A stretch of DNA of 64,000 nt from Escherichia coli (GCF_003334815.1 NZ_QOWO01000024.1), one strand, 5' to 3'; positions 1-14,006 are shown, numbered from the stretch's first letter. Program-made: numbers and translations. Notes: generated by a model not told the origin, from the letters alone.

Positions 1-693
1 ATTGCCAATATTGCCGACTGGCTGGAGCTGCATCCGGCAGAAAAACGCCAGCCCTGGTGCGTTGAAATCCCGCGCCTGGCGGAACAGGCAATGCAGGCGG
101 TTATTGCCCGCCGTGATGCGTTTGGCGAAGCGCAACTGGCGCATCGCATCTGCGACTATCTGCCTGAACAGGGGCAATTGTTTGTTGGTAACAGCCTGGT
201 GGTACGTCTGATTGATGCGCTTTCGCAACTTCCGGCAGGTTACCCGGTGTACAGCAACCGTGGGGCCAGCGGTATCGACGGGCTGCTTTCGACCGCCGCC
301 GGCGTTCAGCGGGCAAGCGGCAAACCGACGCTGGCGATTGTGGGCGATCTCTCCGCACTTTACGATCTCAACGCGCTGGCGTTATTGCGTCAGGTTTCTG
401 CGCCGCTGGTATTAATTGTGGTGAACAACAACGGCGGGCAAATTTTCTCGCTGTTGCCAACGCCGCAAAGCGAGCGTGAGCGTTTCTATCTGATGCCGCA
501 AAACGTCCATTTTGAGCACGCCGCCGCGATGTTCGAGCTGAAATATCATCGTCCGCAAAACTGGCAGGAACTTGAAACGGCATTTGCCGACGCCTGGCGC
601 ACGCCAACCACCACGGTGATTGAAATGGTGGTTAACGACACCGATGGTGCGCAAACGCTCCAGCAACTTCTGGCGCAGGTAAGCCATTTATGA
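1..693 (+). CDS. menD: SEPHCHC synthase MenD, C-terminal part (5' end lies outside window)
   Basis: Frame 1 is open from base 1 to the stop at 691-693; translation matches the MenD C-terminus (thiamine-diphosphate enzyme, GDLS...NNNGGQIF motif); overlaps the menH start by ATGA; first gene of the men cluster. Confidence 0.9.
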   Translation: MANIADWLELHPAEKRQPWCVEIPRLAEQAMQAVIARRDAFGEAQLAHRICDYLPEQGQLFVGNSLVVRLIDALSQLPAGYPVYSNRGASGIDGLLSTAAGVQRASGKPTLAIVGDLSALYDLNALALLRQVSAPLVLIVVNNNGGQIFSLLPTPQSERERFYLMPQNVHFEHAAAMFELKYHRPQNWQELETAFADAWRTPTTTVIEMVVNDTDGAQTLQQLLAQVSHL

Positions 694-1448
694 TCCTGCA
701 CGCGCAGGCAAAACACGGAAAACCAGGTTTACCCTGGCTGGTGTTTTTGCACGGTTTTTCCGGCGATTGCCACGAATGGCAAGAAGTGGGCGAGGCGTTT
801 GCCGACTACTCACGGTTGTATGTTGATCTCCCAGGTCACGGTGGTTCGGCGGCGATTAGCGTCGATGGATTTGATGATGTCACCGACTTACTGCGTAAAA
901 CCTTGGTTAGTTACAACATCCTTGACTTCTGGCTGGTGGGGTACTCGCTTGGTGGACGGGTGGCGATGATGGCGGCTTGCCAGGGGCTGGCGGGGCTTTG
1001 TGGGGTTATTGTCGAAGGCGGGCATCCGGGGCTGCAAAATGCTGAACAACGTGCGGAACGTCAGCGTTCCGATCGCCAATGGGTGCAGCGTTTTCTCACA
1101 GAACCGTTAACGGCGGTATTTGCCGACTGGTATCAACAGCCTGTTTTTGCCTCACTCAATGACGATCAACGCCGGGAGCTGGTGGCGCTGCGCAGCAACA
1201 ATAATGGCGCAACGCTTGCCGCCATGCTGGAGGCGACTTCTCTCGCCGTCCAGCCTGATTTACGTGCTAACCTTAGCGCCCGCACATTTGCGTTTTATTA
1301 TTTATGTGGTGAACGTGACAGCAAATTCCGCGCCCTGGCGGCGGAACTGGCTGCCGACTGCCATGTCATTCCTCGCGCCGGACATAACGCGCATCGGGAA
1401 AATCCCGCTGGCGTAATCGCAAGTCTGGCGCAGATCTTGCGTTTCTGA
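690..1448 (+). CDS. menH: 2-succinyl-6-hydroxy-2,4-cyclohexadiene-1-carboxylate synthase (alpha/beta hydrolase)
   Basis: 252-aa ORF with alpha/beta-hydrolase nucleophile motif GYSLGG; sits between menD and menB as in the men operon. Confidence 0.92.
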
Positions 1449-1462
1449 CTAAAGGACACAAT

Positions 1463-2320
1463 ATGATTTATCCTGATGAAGCAATGCTTTACGCACCGGT
1501 TGAATGGCACGACTGCTCCGAAGGTTTCGAGGACATTCGTTATGAAAAATCCACCGACGGTATCGCAAAAATCACCATTAATCGTCCGCAGGTGCGCAAT
1601 GCCTTCCGTCCTCTGACGGTAAAAGAGATGATCCAGGCGCTGGCAGATGCGCGTTATGACGACAACATCGGCGTGATCATTCTGACTGGTGCAGGCGATA
1701 AAGCGTTCTGCTCCGGTGGTGACCAGAAAGTGCGTGGTGATTACGGCGGCTATAAAGATGATTCCGGCGTACATCACCTGAATGTGCTGGACTTCCAGCG
1801 TCAGATCCGTACCTGTCCGAAACCGGTTGTCGCGATGGTGGCTGGCTACTCCATCGGCGGCGGTCACGTTCTGCACATGATGTGCGACCTGACTATCGCG
1901 GCAGATAATGCCATCTTCGGTCAGACTGGCCCGAAAGTCGGTTCCTTCGACGGCGGCTGGGGCGCTTCCTACATGGCTCGCATCGTCGGGCAGAAAAAAG
2001 CGCGTGAAATCTGGTTCCTGTGCCGTCAGTACGACGCAAAACAGGCGCTGGATATGGGCCTTGTGAACACCGTGGTACCGCTGGCGGATCTGGAAAAAGA
2101 AACCGTCCGTTGGTGCCGCGAAATGCTGCAAAACAGCCCGATGGCGCTGCGCTGCCTGAAAGCTGCACTGAACGCCGACTGTGACGGGCAGGCGGGGCTG
2201 CAGGAGCTGGCGGGCAACGCCACCATGCTGTTCTACATGACGGAAGAAGGTCAGGAAGGTCGCAACGCCTTCAACCAGAAACGTCAGCCTGACTTCAGCA
2301 AATTCAAACGGAATCCGTAA
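1463..2320 (+). CDS. menB: 1,4-dihydroxy-2-naphthoyl-CoA synthase (crotonase fold)
   Basis: 285-aa ORF, crotonase/enoyl-CoA hydratase family; length and sequence fit MenB. Confidence 0.95.
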
Positions 2321-3282
2321 TGCGTAGCGCGCAGGTATACCGCTGGCAGATCCCCATGGACGCGGGGGTGGTTCTGCGCGACAGGCGGTTAAAAACCCGC
2401 GACGGGCTGTATGTTTGCCTGCGTGAAGGCGAGCGCGAAGGGTGGGGGGAGATCTCCCCACTGCCGGGCTTCAGTCAGGAAACCTGGGAAGAGGCGCAAA
2501 GTGTGCTGCTTGCCTGGGTAAATAACTGGCTGGCAGGCGATTGCGAGCTACCGCAGATGCCTTCCGTGGCCTTTGGCGTAAGCTGTGCATTGGCAGAACT
2601 GACAGATACGTTGCCGCAAGCAGCCAACTACCGTGCGGCACCGCTGTGTAATGGCGATCCGGACGATCTGATCCTCAAACTTGCAGATATGCCAGGCGAG
2701 AAAGTGGCGAAGGTCAAAGTGGGATTGTACGAAGCGGTGCGCGACGGCATGGTGGTGAATCTGTTGCTGGAGGCAATTCCGGATCTGCATTTGCGTCTTG
2801 ACGCAAATCGCGCCTGGACACCGCTGAAAGGTCAGCAGTTTGCCAAATACGTTAACCCGGATTATCGCGACCGCATCGCGTTTCTCGAAGAGCCGTGCAA
2901 AACCCGCGATGATTCGCGAGCGTTTGCCCGTGAAACCGGCATTGCCATTGCCTGGGATGAAAGCCTGCGCGAGCCGGATTTTGCCTTTGTGGCTGAAGAG
3001 GGCGTGCGCGCGGTAGTTATCAAACCCACGCTCACGGGCAGTCTGGAAAAAGTACGCGAGCAGGTACAGGCGGCGCACGCGCTGGGGCTGACGGCGGTGA
3101 TCAGTTCTTCCATTGAATCGAGCTTAGGCTTAACGCAACTGGCGCGGATTGCCGCCTGGTTAACGCCGGACACCATTCCAGGGCTGGACACGCTGGATCT
3201 GATGCAGGCGCAGCAGGTACGTCGCTGGCCGGGTAGCACGCTGCCTGTCGTGGAAGTTGATGCACTGGAGCGGTTGTTATGA
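2320..3282 (+). CDS. menC: o-succinylbenzoate synthase (enolase superfamily)
   Basis: 320-aa ORF; 1-nt start/stop overlap with menB (TAATG); position in men cluster. Confidence 0.93.
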
Positions 3283-4634
3283 TCTTCTCTGACTGGCCGT
3301 GGCGTCACTGGCGGCAAGTGCGGGGAGAAACCATCGCCTTACGTCTTAATGACGAGCAACTCAACTGGCGCGAGCTTTGTGCTCGCGTCGATGAATTAGC
3401 CTCCGGATTTGCGGTGCAGGGGGTGGTTGAGGGCAGCGGCGTGATGTTGCGGGCGTGGAATACGCCGCAAACGCTGCTCGCCTGGCTGGCGTTACTGCAA
3501 TGCGGGGCGCGGGTGTTGCCCGTGAACCCTCAGCTGCCGCAACCGTTGCTTGAAGAATTGCTGCCCAATCTGACGCTGCAATTTGCTCTGGTGCCGGATG
3601 GGGAAAACACGTTTCCGGCATTAACGTCGCTGCACATTCAGCTGGTTGAAGGCGCACATGCCGCTACGTGGCAGCCGACGCGTCTGTGCTCAATGACGTT
3701 GACCTCGGGTTCTACCGGTTTGCCGAAAGCCGCTGTCCATACTTATCAGGCCCATCTTGCCAGTGCGCAAGGTGTGTTATCGCTGATTCCGTTTGGCGAT
3801 CACGATGATTGGTTGCTCTCTTTACCGCTGTTTCACGTCTCCGGTCAGGGAATTATGTGGCGCTGGTTATACGCTGGTGCGCGGATGACGGTACGTGATA
3901 AACAGCCATTGGAGCAAATGCTGGCAGGCTGTACTCACGCTTCACTGGTGCCAACACAACTCTGGCGTTTGCTGGTTAACCGTAGTTCCGTTTCCCTGAA
4001 AGCGGTGTTACTTGGCGGCGCGGCTATCCCGGTCGAGTTGACGGAACAGGCGCGCGAGCAGGGGATTCGTTGCTTTTGCGGCTATGGTCTGACCGAGTTT
4101 GCCTCCACGGTGTGTGCGAAAGAAGCCGACGGCCTGGCAGACGTTGGTTCGCCGCTGCCGGGTCGGGAAGTGAAAATCGTTAATAATGAAGTGTGGCTGC
4201 GGGCTGCCAGTATGGCAGAAGGTTACTGGCGTAACGGGCAACTGGTTTCACTGGTTAATGACGAAGGCTGGTACGCTACGCGCGATCGCGGTGAGATGCA
4301 TAATGGCAAGCTGACCATTGTCGGACGTTTAGACAATCTATTCTTCAGTGGCGGAGAGGGTATTCAGCCGGAAGAAGTCGAGCGCGTAATTGCTGCACAT
4401 CCTGCGGTTTTGCAGGTGTTTATCGTCCCCGTTGCCGACAAGGAGTTTGGTCATCGACCGGTGGCGGTGATGGAGTATGACCACGAGAGCGTTGATCTTA
4501 GTGAATGGGTGAAAGATAAGCTGGCCCGTTTTCAACAACCGGTGCGCTGGCTAACTCTGCCGCCGGAGCTGAAAAACGGCGGTATTAAAATTTCACGTCA
4601 GGCGCTAAAAGAGTGGGTGCAACGTCAGCAATAA
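3279..4634 (+). CDS. menE: o-succinylbenzoate-CoA ligase (adenylate-forming enzyme)
   Basis: 451-aa ORF with AMP-binding motif TSGSTGLPK; ATGA overlap with menC. Confidence 0.93.
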
Positions 4635-4743
4635 TTAACCCTCCGTTTCACTTCTCATTTCTGCCATTCCATTGCCGTTGATAAAGAGTTTATCTGTTAA
4701 TCTGTAAATTGATGTGAAAACTCTTAGCAAACAGGATAATGCA

Positions 4744-5010
4744 ATGGAATGGCTGGTCAAAAAATCGTGCTGCAATAAACAAGATAACAGACATGTACTT
4801 ATGCTCTGCGATGCTGGCGGCGCGATAAAAATGATCGCCGAAGTGAAGAGTGACTTCGCCGTGAAAGTGGGGGATTTACTCTCGCCTTTGCAGAATGCGC
4901 TTTATTGTATTAATCGTGAAAAGCTGCATACGGTGAAAGTCCTCTCGGCAAGCAGTTATAGCCCCGATGAGTGGGAACGGCAGTGTAAAGTGGCAGGGAA
5001 AACTCAGTAA
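4744..5010 (+). CDS. pmrD: Signal transduction connector protein PmrD
   Basis: The ORF track gives 4714-5010 (98 aa); the internal ATG at 4744 yields the 88-aa protein beginning [15 protein letters not shown], which I recognise as PmrD; located between menE and the arn operon. Confidence 0.88.
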   Translation: MEWLVKKSCCNKQDNRHVLMLCDAGGAIKMIAEVKSDFAVKVGDLLSPLQNALYCINREKLHTVKVLSASSYSPDEWERQCKVAGKTQ

Positions 5011-5390
5011 CGTTGTTTTGTCGTGGGCAGGAAAATCAGCATCAACCCGCTCATAATACAGGCTACTCCCAGTAGTGCTTTCAGCGAAAAAGTCCCTTCC
5101 CAGCCGGGAAGTACCATTGAAGCAATCCATACCAGCACATAACTCATACTGAGCAAGGCATAGGCTTTGCTTAGCGCAAGTTTATGAAGCGTTTTATACC
5201 AACAAAAAACGGAAAGCAGATAACCCAGCAGCCCGAGTAACAGTATCCGGGCATCCAGGCCAAAAGCTAACAGAGCCGCGATAAAATCCCATAAGTGCGT
5301 CATCGGCGGCAGATGACTCGCCGCAAAACCCAGGCTTAATTGCGCAACTGAGGCAATAATGACGCTGAATAATCCCCACATCAGGCCCAT
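5004..5390 (-). CDS. arnF: Undecaprenyl-phosphate-aminoarabinose flippase subunit ArnF
   Basis: 128-aa small multi-TM protein (start [10 protein letters not shown]) taken from an internal start of the 222-aa track ORF; last gene of the arn operon; start codon overlaps the arnE stop by 1 nt. Confidence 0.85.
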   Translation of the reverse strand: MGLMWGLFSVIIASVAQLSLGFAASHLPPMTHLWDFIAALLAFGLDARILLLGLLGYLLSVFCWYKTLHKLALSKAYALLSMSYVLVWIASMVLPGWEGTFSLKALLGVACIMSGLMLIFLPTTKQRY

Positions 5391-5725
5391 TACACCGTAC
5401 TCCCGAGGATCACAATGCCGCCAATAATGAACGCCACCCCACACCAGTGACGCGGCGATACCGGTTCGTGCCACAGTTTTACTGCAGCCAGCGTCACCCA
5501 GACAAAATTCAGACTTAACATCGGGTAAGCAATGCCTACCGGTACGTTCTGCAAGACCAGCAGCCAGAGCACCATGGCAAGACCAAGACAAGCCAGCGCC
5601 AGTCCCAGCCACAGCACGATATGTTTGCGCCGTTTGTTTATCGCCACAAAGCAGGTTGCCTGTTTCTGACACAACTGCCCGGCAACGCTAAGCAAGCTGG
5701 CAAAGACTAATGTTAGCCAGATCAT
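5390..5725 (-). CDS. arnE: Undecaprenyl-phosphate-aminoarabinose flippase subunit ArnE
   Basis: 111-aa EamA/SMR-like membrane protein; ATGA overlap with the arnT stop. Confidence 0.88.
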
Positions 5726-7374
5726 TTGGGACGATACTGAATCAGCACCAGACGCTCCTGACGATCGATGGCATCTGCGGGCGGAATGGCGAGACTGTTG
5801 ATATCTTCATCGCGGTCAACCGAAAGCACGAGAGTAATAATCCCCTCCTGACGATGTTGATTAAGCCAGTTTGCGAACTCATCACCGCTGACAAATCTCC
5901 CTTTCGCATCCGGATAATTAAGGCCGTATTTCAACTCACCTGTCTGGCGATACATGATGATGTCATCGCGTTGCAGGCTCCATGCCAGACCTGCGGCAAC
6001 ACCGACGCTATCAGTAAGAATATAGCGGCTTGGCTGAAGTGATTCTTGTGTCATCTCGACAAAAAATTGCGGATGTTTTCCTTCCATAACTCTGTCAGGA
6101 ATTGAAAATCCTACCAGCAACGCCAGCCCCAGCGGGCAAAGCGCGGCAAAAGGCCAGGTCTTTTCGACGTTTGTTAAGGTGTACCAGCCGAAAAATGCCC
6201 ATAGCGAAAAAATCGACCAGGCACAAAAGACTTTATAGCTCTCGAAGGTTTGCCACACCGGCGTGTTCATTGGTCCCCACGGGGAGACCACAAATGTGGC
6301 AATAATGCCAGTGACGCCAAAAGCGATGTTAATCCAGCCATTAATCCGCAGCGCCAGAGGATTATTTTTTGCTGCCAGCAAAGCGTAATGCGCCATCAGC
6401 ATTGCCAGAGATGCAAAGCAGGAAAGAATATAGGTGGGCAATTTACCTTTAGCGACGGAGAAAAACAGCAGCGGCATTATCGTCCAGCTCAACAAATAGA
6501 CGGTTGCGGAATGCTTGCGGTTTTTCCAGCCTGTGTACAGTGCACCGGGGAGTAATCCCAGCCACGGCAGGCTACCGGCAATGATGACCGGCACGTAGTA
6601 CCAGAACGGAGCTCTATGTTGGGCATCATCCAGTGCAAAGCGTTGAATATGCTCAACCCAGAAAAAATAGTGCCAGAAGTTAGGCTCCCGCTGCGCTATC
6701 GCCAGTCCCCAAGGGAGAACCGTCAGTACGCAACTGATAACCGCCAGCCAGCCGTAAATAAAGAGATCTTTCCAGCGTTTTTGCGTCGCTACCCATGGCA
6801 GCACGCTTAATACCGGCACGGCAAGGGCGAGAAAACCTTTGGTCATCACCCCCATGCCGCAGGTGATTCCCAGCAGTAAAAATCCTGCGCTTTTGCCTTT
6901 CCACGTCTGTGCCTGCATTGCCAGCCAGAAGCTGCACATTCCCGCCACCAGCCAGAATGCAATAAACGGATCGAGCACGGCATAAGTGCCGATGGCATAG
7001 ACAATAAACAATGAGAGATAAATTACTGTGGCGAGTAGAGCCAGACGTTTATCGCGCCATAAGCGCAGAGTAAACCAGGTCACCAGCGCGGCAGTTAACA
7101 GGGTCGCAAAGATAACGCCTGCCCGCACACCAAAGTTATTCGCGCCAAATAGCCATTGCCCAATGCTGTTAATCCAGTATCCGGCAATGGGTTTTTCGAA
7201 ATAACGTAGCCCTAACAGATGGGGCACAATCCAGTCGCCGGATGCCAGCATTTCTCGACTGATTTCCGCATAACGCGTTTCATCGGGTTGCCAGAGCAGA
7301 CGCGTGCTGATCGGTAACAGGTAATAGCAGGCAATAAACGCGAAGAGGCCGATAAGGTAACGTACCGATTTCAT
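5722..7374 (-). CDS. arnT: Undecaprenyl phosphate-alpha-L-Ara4N : lipid A transferase
   Basis: 550-aa polytopic glycosyltransferase (family 83-like) in arn operon position. Confidence 0.93.
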
Positions 7375-8264
7375 CAGCGACTACCCGCAATTTGTTGGCA
7401 ACCCAGCCAGCCTTCACGTCCGGCAATATTTCCGCGAACAACTTGTCCGAGCGGCAACGTCTCTGATAACAGTTCGCTTAAAGGGCAAAATGTCACGCCT
7501 TCCTGAGCTGCGCGTTTGAGGAGATCCACAAAATTATGCTGATAAGCGCAGCCTTCAACTTCTGCATGAATGGTATAAACCGGCGTGCCTTTATCTCGCA
7601 GGATGCGGTTGAGTAACCAACCGTTAAAATCTTCTGCTTTCACATCCCGACCAATCACTTCATCCCAGGTGGGTAAGGTCACCGGAATTTGCGCAGTGCC
7701 AGGGTTTCCTGATTCGAGCAATGGACGGAACGGCATGGCCCCACGACAATCGCTGTTGTAGCGCAAATGGAACGCTTCTTTTGCTTCGATCACCTTCTGG
7801 TCGGCACGCCAGCCCGCAGCGGCAGAACAGGTTACCGGTTGACCGATAATCTCTTCCAGAGTGCGAAGACCGCGTGCAATATCGTCGATCATTGTTTGCC
7901 GATCCCAGTTACCGCTACGGGCTTGCCAGGCATGGTGATCCCAGGCGTGCAGGCCGACTTCGTGATGTTTAGCCGCTTCACGAATGATATCGGCATTGGC
8001 ATGACCAATCTCTTTACCTGGCCAGGCCGTACCTGCCAGTAAAATATCCCAGCCATAAAGCGATGCCGCGTTTGAGCGCAGCATCTTCCACAAAAACTGT
8101 GGCTTCACCAGTCGCCAGAGATGGCGGCCCATATTGTCCGGGCCGACGCTGAAAAAAATGCTGGCCTGAATATTATGCTTACTCAAGATTTCCAGCAGAC
8201 GCGGCACGCCTTCACGGGTGCCACGAAAGGTATCGACATCAATGCGTAAGCCTACTTTGGTCAT
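7374..8264 (-). CDS. arnD: 4-deoxy-4-formamido-L-arabinose-phosphoundecaprenol deformylase
   Basis: 296-aa polysaccharide-deacetylase-fold protein; start overlaps the arnA stop. Confidence 0.92.
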
Positions 8265-10242
8265 GATGGTTTATCCGTAAGATCAACGGTGCGCAGGAAG
8301 AAATCCAGCGTTTCGTCGATGGTTTCCTGCATATCAATTTTCGGCTCCCAGTCCAGGCAGCGGTGGGCATTGCGGATGCTCGGTTTACGATGCTCTACGT
8401 CCTGATATCCTTTGCCGTAGTAGCTGCTACTTTCGACAACGCGAAAGCCCGCAAACGGTGGGAAATGATGGCGCAGCGGATGTTTTTCGAAGCTCGCCAG
8501 CAGCATCTCGCCCAGTTCCTCAATGCTCGCTTCGTTCTCAGGATTGCCAATGTTGATAATTTCACCGTCGCAGCGATTTCCCGCATTTTCGATAATGCGG
8601 TATAACGCCTCGATACCATCGCGAATATCAGTAAAGCAGCGTTTTTGTTTTCCGCCATCAATCAGCTTAATCGGTGAACCTTCTACCAGATTGAGAATGA
8701 GTTGCGTAATAGCGCGGGAGCTGCCAATTCGCGCTGCATTAAGGTTATCCAGTCGTGGTCCCATCCAGTTAAACGGGCGGAAGAGGGTGAACTGTAAACC
8801 CTCTTTTTCGCCATAGGCCCAGATCACCCGATCAAGTAATTGTTTTGATACCGAATAAATCCAGCGTGGTTTATTCACCGGGCCGACGATTAAATTAGAA
8901 TGGTCCTCATCGAAGTATTTATCGCTACACATCCCATAAACTTCTGAAGTTGACGGGAAGATGATTCGCTTACGGTACTTCACGCAGTAGCGGATAATGC
9001 GCAGATTCTCTTCAAAATCGAGTTCAAATACGCGCAGCGGGTTGCGGGTATATTCAATCGGCGTGGCTATCGCCACCAGCGGCAAGACGACATCACATTT
9101 TTTGACATGATACTCAATCCATTCGGAATGAATACTGATATCGCCTTCAACAAAGTGAAAATGCGGATGATTCAGAAAACGGCTTATCGCATCGCTGCCA
9201 ATATCCAGACCGTAAACTTCATAATGATCTTCGCGCAGCAGGCGTTCTGTCAGATGGTTGCCAATAAAGCCATTCACCCCGAGGATGAGTACCCGGGTAC
9301 GGCGTCGGGCGGTGCAGGCAGGCTGGCTATTCAAGCGTGAACCTTGCACCAGGCCCAGCGTCTGCGCTAATTGCGAGCCCTGCATAGTAATGCCGTCGCC
9401 CGCCTGTCCGGTGACGATTTCCAGCGCGCCATCGCCACAGGCAATCAGCAGTGGCGCAACAGAAATCACGCTCCCCGGCTGTGCTTTGCTGGCACGAGGA
9501 TGAACACGCGACGACCAGACGGTGAATTTCTGATTGCCAACATAGCTGAAGGCACCCGGCCACGGATCGGCAACGGCACGTACCATGTTGTGCAGTACGG
9601 ATGCCGGTTTATGCCATTCAAGGAAACTGTCATCCGGCGTTCTGCGACCAAAACAGGTGGCTTCGTTTTCGCGCTGGGCGATTTCCAGAATATTACCGTG
9701 TTTAATGGCGGGTAATGTCTGTTCCAGTAGCTGGCGCGCGGCATGGCACAATTTATGATGCAGCGTAATAGCGATATCGTCTGGCGCAATGGCAATGCGC
9801 AGTTGCGCCACAATGGCCCCGGCATCGGCACGTTTCACCATTCGGTGCAATGTAACGCCAGTTTCCGTTTCACCGTTGACCAGCACCCAGTTCAGCGGCG
9901 CGCGACCACGATATTTTGGTAACAGCGAACCATGCAGATTAAATGCACCTGCGGGAGCGAGCTGCAAAATTTCGTCGTAAATAAGATGGCGATAATAAAA
10001 AGAGAAAATCACATCTGGCGACAGTTGGGCAATGCGTTCCACCCACAGCGGATGATTAACGTTATCCGGCGCATAAACCGGAATGCCTCTTTCCGCCGCC
10101 AGACGAGCCACCGAACCATAAAAGGCTTTTTCACCGGGATTATCAGTATGGGTAAAAATGGCGCTAATTTCGTAACCGGCAGCCAGCAGGGCTTCAATAC
10201 CGAGGCATCCCATATCGTGGTAGGCAAAAACGACGGTTTTCA

Positions 10243-10243
<1 letters not shown>
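8261..10243 (-). CDS. arnA: Bifunctional UDP-glucuronic acid decarboxylase / UDP-Ara4N formyltransferase
   Basis: 660 aa; N-terminal formyltransferase domain ([12 protein letters not shown]...) and C-terminal NAD-binding [10 protein letters not shown] Rossmann motif. Confidence 0.95.
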
Positions 10244-11214
<971 letters not shown>

Positions 11215-12354
11215 TTATTGTCCTGCGAGTTGCTGAAGGGCTGTGATGACATGGTCGGCATCGGCGGTAGTCATATCCGGGAACAGCGGCAAAGAACAGA
11301 TGCGTTCGCTATTCCATTCGGTATTCGGTAACGACAGCGTGGGAAAACGCTCGCGATAATATTTTTGTGTGTGAGCGGCGCGGAAATGTAACCCGGTACC
11401 AATGCCTCTTTCTTTTAACGCTTCCATCAACGCATCGCGACTGATACCACAACGTTGTTCATCGACACGAATAATAAACAGATGCCAGGCGTGAACGTGC
11501 GGCCAGGCGGGAAGGCTTAATGGCTGAAAGGGGAGAGCTGCCAGTGCTTGCTGATATTGCTGGGCAATTTCGCGCCGACGGGTGTTGAGGTGCTCTAATT
11601 TGACTAACTGTGTCAGGGCAATCGCGGCGTTAATATCGGTCAGATTGTACTTATAGCCCGGTGTTAAGACTTCAGCCTGCGGTGCACGGCCCCAGGTTTG
11701 TCTGTCATAGGCATCGACACCCAGACCGTGAAATTTCAGCATCCGTAGCTGGCGGGCAAGGTTTTCATTATCAGTTACAATCAGGCCACCTTCAGCACAG
11801 GTAATATTTTTAATGGCATGAAATGAAAAAATAGCGGTACCTTTTGCGCCAATATGTCGCCCTTTGTAATACGTACCGACGGCATGGGCAGCATCTTCGA
11901 TAACTGCGATGCCGTAACGTTCGCCAATGGCGCGAATGGCGTCAATATCTGCTGGCGCACCGGCATAATGCACCGGAATGATGGCTTTAGTGCGTGGCGT
12001 AATGGCTGACTCGATAGCTTCAGGCGTGACCATCAGCGTATCGCGGTCGACATCCACCATTACCGGCGTTGCACCCAACAAGGAAATCATATTGAGGGTT
12101 GAAACCCAGGTCAGGGAAGGCGTAATCACTTCATCGCCCTTGCCAATTTTCAACGCCATTAGCGTGATATGCATTCCGGCGGTGGCTGAACTGACCGCGA
12201 TGGCATGCTGATTTCCCGTCAACTGGCAAAAAGCTTGCTCAAGCGCCTGATTCTTCGGACCGGTTGTGATCCAACCGGATTCGAGAACCTCTTTAACTGC
12301 AGCGAGTTCCTCCACGCCCATTGCTGGTCGCGAAAAAGGCAAAAATTCTGACAT
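11215..12354 (-). CDS. arnB: UDP-4-amino-4-deoxy-L-arabinose--oxoglutarate aminotransferase (PLP-dependent, DegT family)
   Basis: Track ORF 11215-12387 (390 aa); start set at the ATG giving [13 protein letters not shown] (379 aa), which matches the ArnB N-terminus as I recall it; two alternative in-frame ATGs lie upstream. Confidence 0.9.
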   Translation of the reverse strand: MSEFLPFSRPAMGVEELAAVKEVLESGWITTGPKNQALEQAFCQLTGNQHAIAVSSATAGMHITLMALKIGKGDEVITPSLTWVSTLNMISLLGATPVMVDVDRDTLMVTPEAIESAITPRTKAIIPVHYAGAPADIDAIRAIGERYGIAVIEDAAHAVGTYYKGRHIGAKGTAIFSFHAIKNITCAEGGLIVTDNENLARQLRMLKFHGLGVDAYDRQTWGRAPQAEVLTPGYKYNLTDINAAIALTQLVKLEHLNTRRREIAQQYQQALAALPFQPLSLPAWPHVHAWHLFIIRVDEQRCGISRDALMEALKERGIGTGLHFRAAHTQKYYRERFPTLSLPNTEWNSERICSLPLFPDMTTADADHVITALQQLAGQ

Positions 12355-12452
12355 TGCTTTTCCTTCCGCCATTGAATACCTGTCCACTTATATTTGCTAT
12401 AAAGAGTGTTGTGTATATTTTGCCATTTGGAGCGAAATTTTAAGGATAGAAT

Positions 12453-12469
12453 ATTAACTTAACCTTAAG
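12453..12469 (-). promoter_or_regulatory. PmrA/BasR box in the arnB promoter
   Basis: Minus strand reads CTTAAG-gttaa-GTTAAT (YTTAAK-N5-YTTAAK direct repeat), about 100 bp upstream of the arnB start, in the arnB/ais divergent intergenic region. Confidence 0.7.
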
Positions 12470-12661
12470 AAACTAATATTAGACGTAAATATTGAAATTT
12501 TTATATTTTTTCTTATTTAGGCTTTGCATTTGGCAAAATTTTGAGGCATTTTGCCGACATCGTAGGATTTTTAATATTACACCAACTGCGAATTATCGCC
12601 AGAAATGTAGCTCAATTTCACGGTAATTGTCTGGTTGCGCTTGTCTATAGGTGGAGTTTAC

Positions 12662-13264
12662 GTGTTAGCTTTTTGCCGCTCTTCGTTGAAGTCAAAAAAA
12701 TATATCATCATTTTACTGGCGCTCGCTGCAATTGCCGGACTGGGTACTCATGCCGCCTGGAGTAGCAATGGTTTGCCACGTATCGACAATAAAACACTGG
12801 CCAGACTGGCACAGCAGCACCCGGTTGTCGTTTTGTTTCGTCATGCTGAACGTTGCGACCGTTCAACCAATCAATGCTTGTCAGATAAAACAGGTATTAC
12901 GGTTAAAGGTACCCAGGATGCCCGTGAACTGGGCAACGCTTTTAGTGCTGATATCCCTGATTTCGATCTTTATTCCAGTAATACCGTCCGGACCATTCAG
13001 TCGGCTACCTGGTTTTCAGCGGGTAAAAAATTGACGGTAGATAAACGACTTCTTCAGTGCGGTAATGAGATTTATAGTGCAATTAAGGACTTACAAAGCA
13101 AAGCGCCTGATAAAAATATCGTTATTTTCACCCATAATCATTGCCTGACATATATTGCTAAAGATAAGCGTGACGCGACATTTAAACCTGATTATCTGGA
13201 TGGTTTAGTCATGCATGTGGAAAAAGGCAAAGTTTATCTGGATGGGGAATTCGTTAACCACTAA
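12662..13264 (+). CDS. ais: Lipopolysaccharide core heptose(II)-phosphate phosphatase Ais (histidine phosphatase family)
   Basis: RHAER histidine-phosphatase motif and signal peptide; start set at in-frame GTG 12662 to give the 200-aa MLAFCRSS... form (track ORF begins at ATG 12635); divergent from arnB. Confidence 0.85.
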   Translation: MLAFCRSSLKSKKYIIILLALAAIAGLGTHAAWSSNGLPRIDNKTLARLAQQHPVVVLFRHAERCDRSTNQCLSDKTGITVKGTQDARELGNAFSADIPDFDLYSSNTVRTIQSATWFSAGKKLTVDKRLLQCGNEIYSAIKDLQSKAPDKNIVIFTHNHCLTYIAKDKRDATFKPDYLDGLVMHVEKGKVYLDGEFVNH

Positions 13265-13302
13265 ATTTTCAATCTGACAGCCAGTAATGGCTGTCATCAT
13301 TG

Positions 13303-13728
13303 TTACAGAAGACCTTTCAAACGTAACGTTTTTCGGGTGGCGACATTCAAATCATAATGCACCAGATCTTCAGGTTTTACCCACGCGTAGTCCTGAAACT
13401 CTTCGTTTATTTTCACTTCTCGGTTGGCAGAAACGCAGTCAAAAATCAGGTAAATCATATAAATCTCTTCCTTGCGACCATCTGCATACGTCTTGGTGCG
13501 AATATCATCGCTGAAGGTCCACGGCGTGATTTCTGTCAAAAGCAGCTGTTCTCCCAGTTCTTCGCGAATTTCGCGGCGTAGTGCCTCTTCAATTCGTTCG
13601 CCAGGCTCCACGCCGCCACCCGAAATCGCCCATTGACCGGGGAAAACGCCGCGATCGTCGGCCATTTTACACAGCAAATAAGCACCATCATTTTGAATCA
13701 AAGGGCATACAATAGTCCGTTGTCGCAC
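13303..13728 (-). CDS. nudI: Nudix hydrolase (pyrimidine deoxynucleoside triphosphate diphosphatase)
   Basis: 141 aa with Nudix box [24 protein letters not shown]. Confidence 0.9.
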
Positions 13729-14006
13729 AGGGATATTCCTTATAAATAAAAAGAAACCATGAGAATACGGTAACTCACAAATATGTGAAAGTGACAGTAA
13801 TCTCTTTTGCGATGATAACTGTACTTATTATTATTTTTGTGTGTATCGATAAAGTGTGTTTATTTTTTCGGCATTTAATTATTTAAGAAGTATTTAGTTA
13901 CAATAAGTGACTAGATCCTTTTTTTCGCTCATTGAATCCTCTGTGCCAGGCAGTACAATCCCGCAGCTTTGGGAATTTTGATTAATTGCTTGTGGGAAAG
14001 GGGATA

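Noticed and set aside
2-211. 69-aa ORF at the left edge in frame 2
   Set aside because: Overlaps the menD reading frame (frame 1), which is clearly the real gene.
1298-2461. 387-aa minus-strand ORF antisense to menB/menC
   Set aside because: Lies entirely inside well-supported plus-strand genes; Arg/Ala-rich low-complexity translation typical of an antisense frame in GC-rich coding DNA; no start context.
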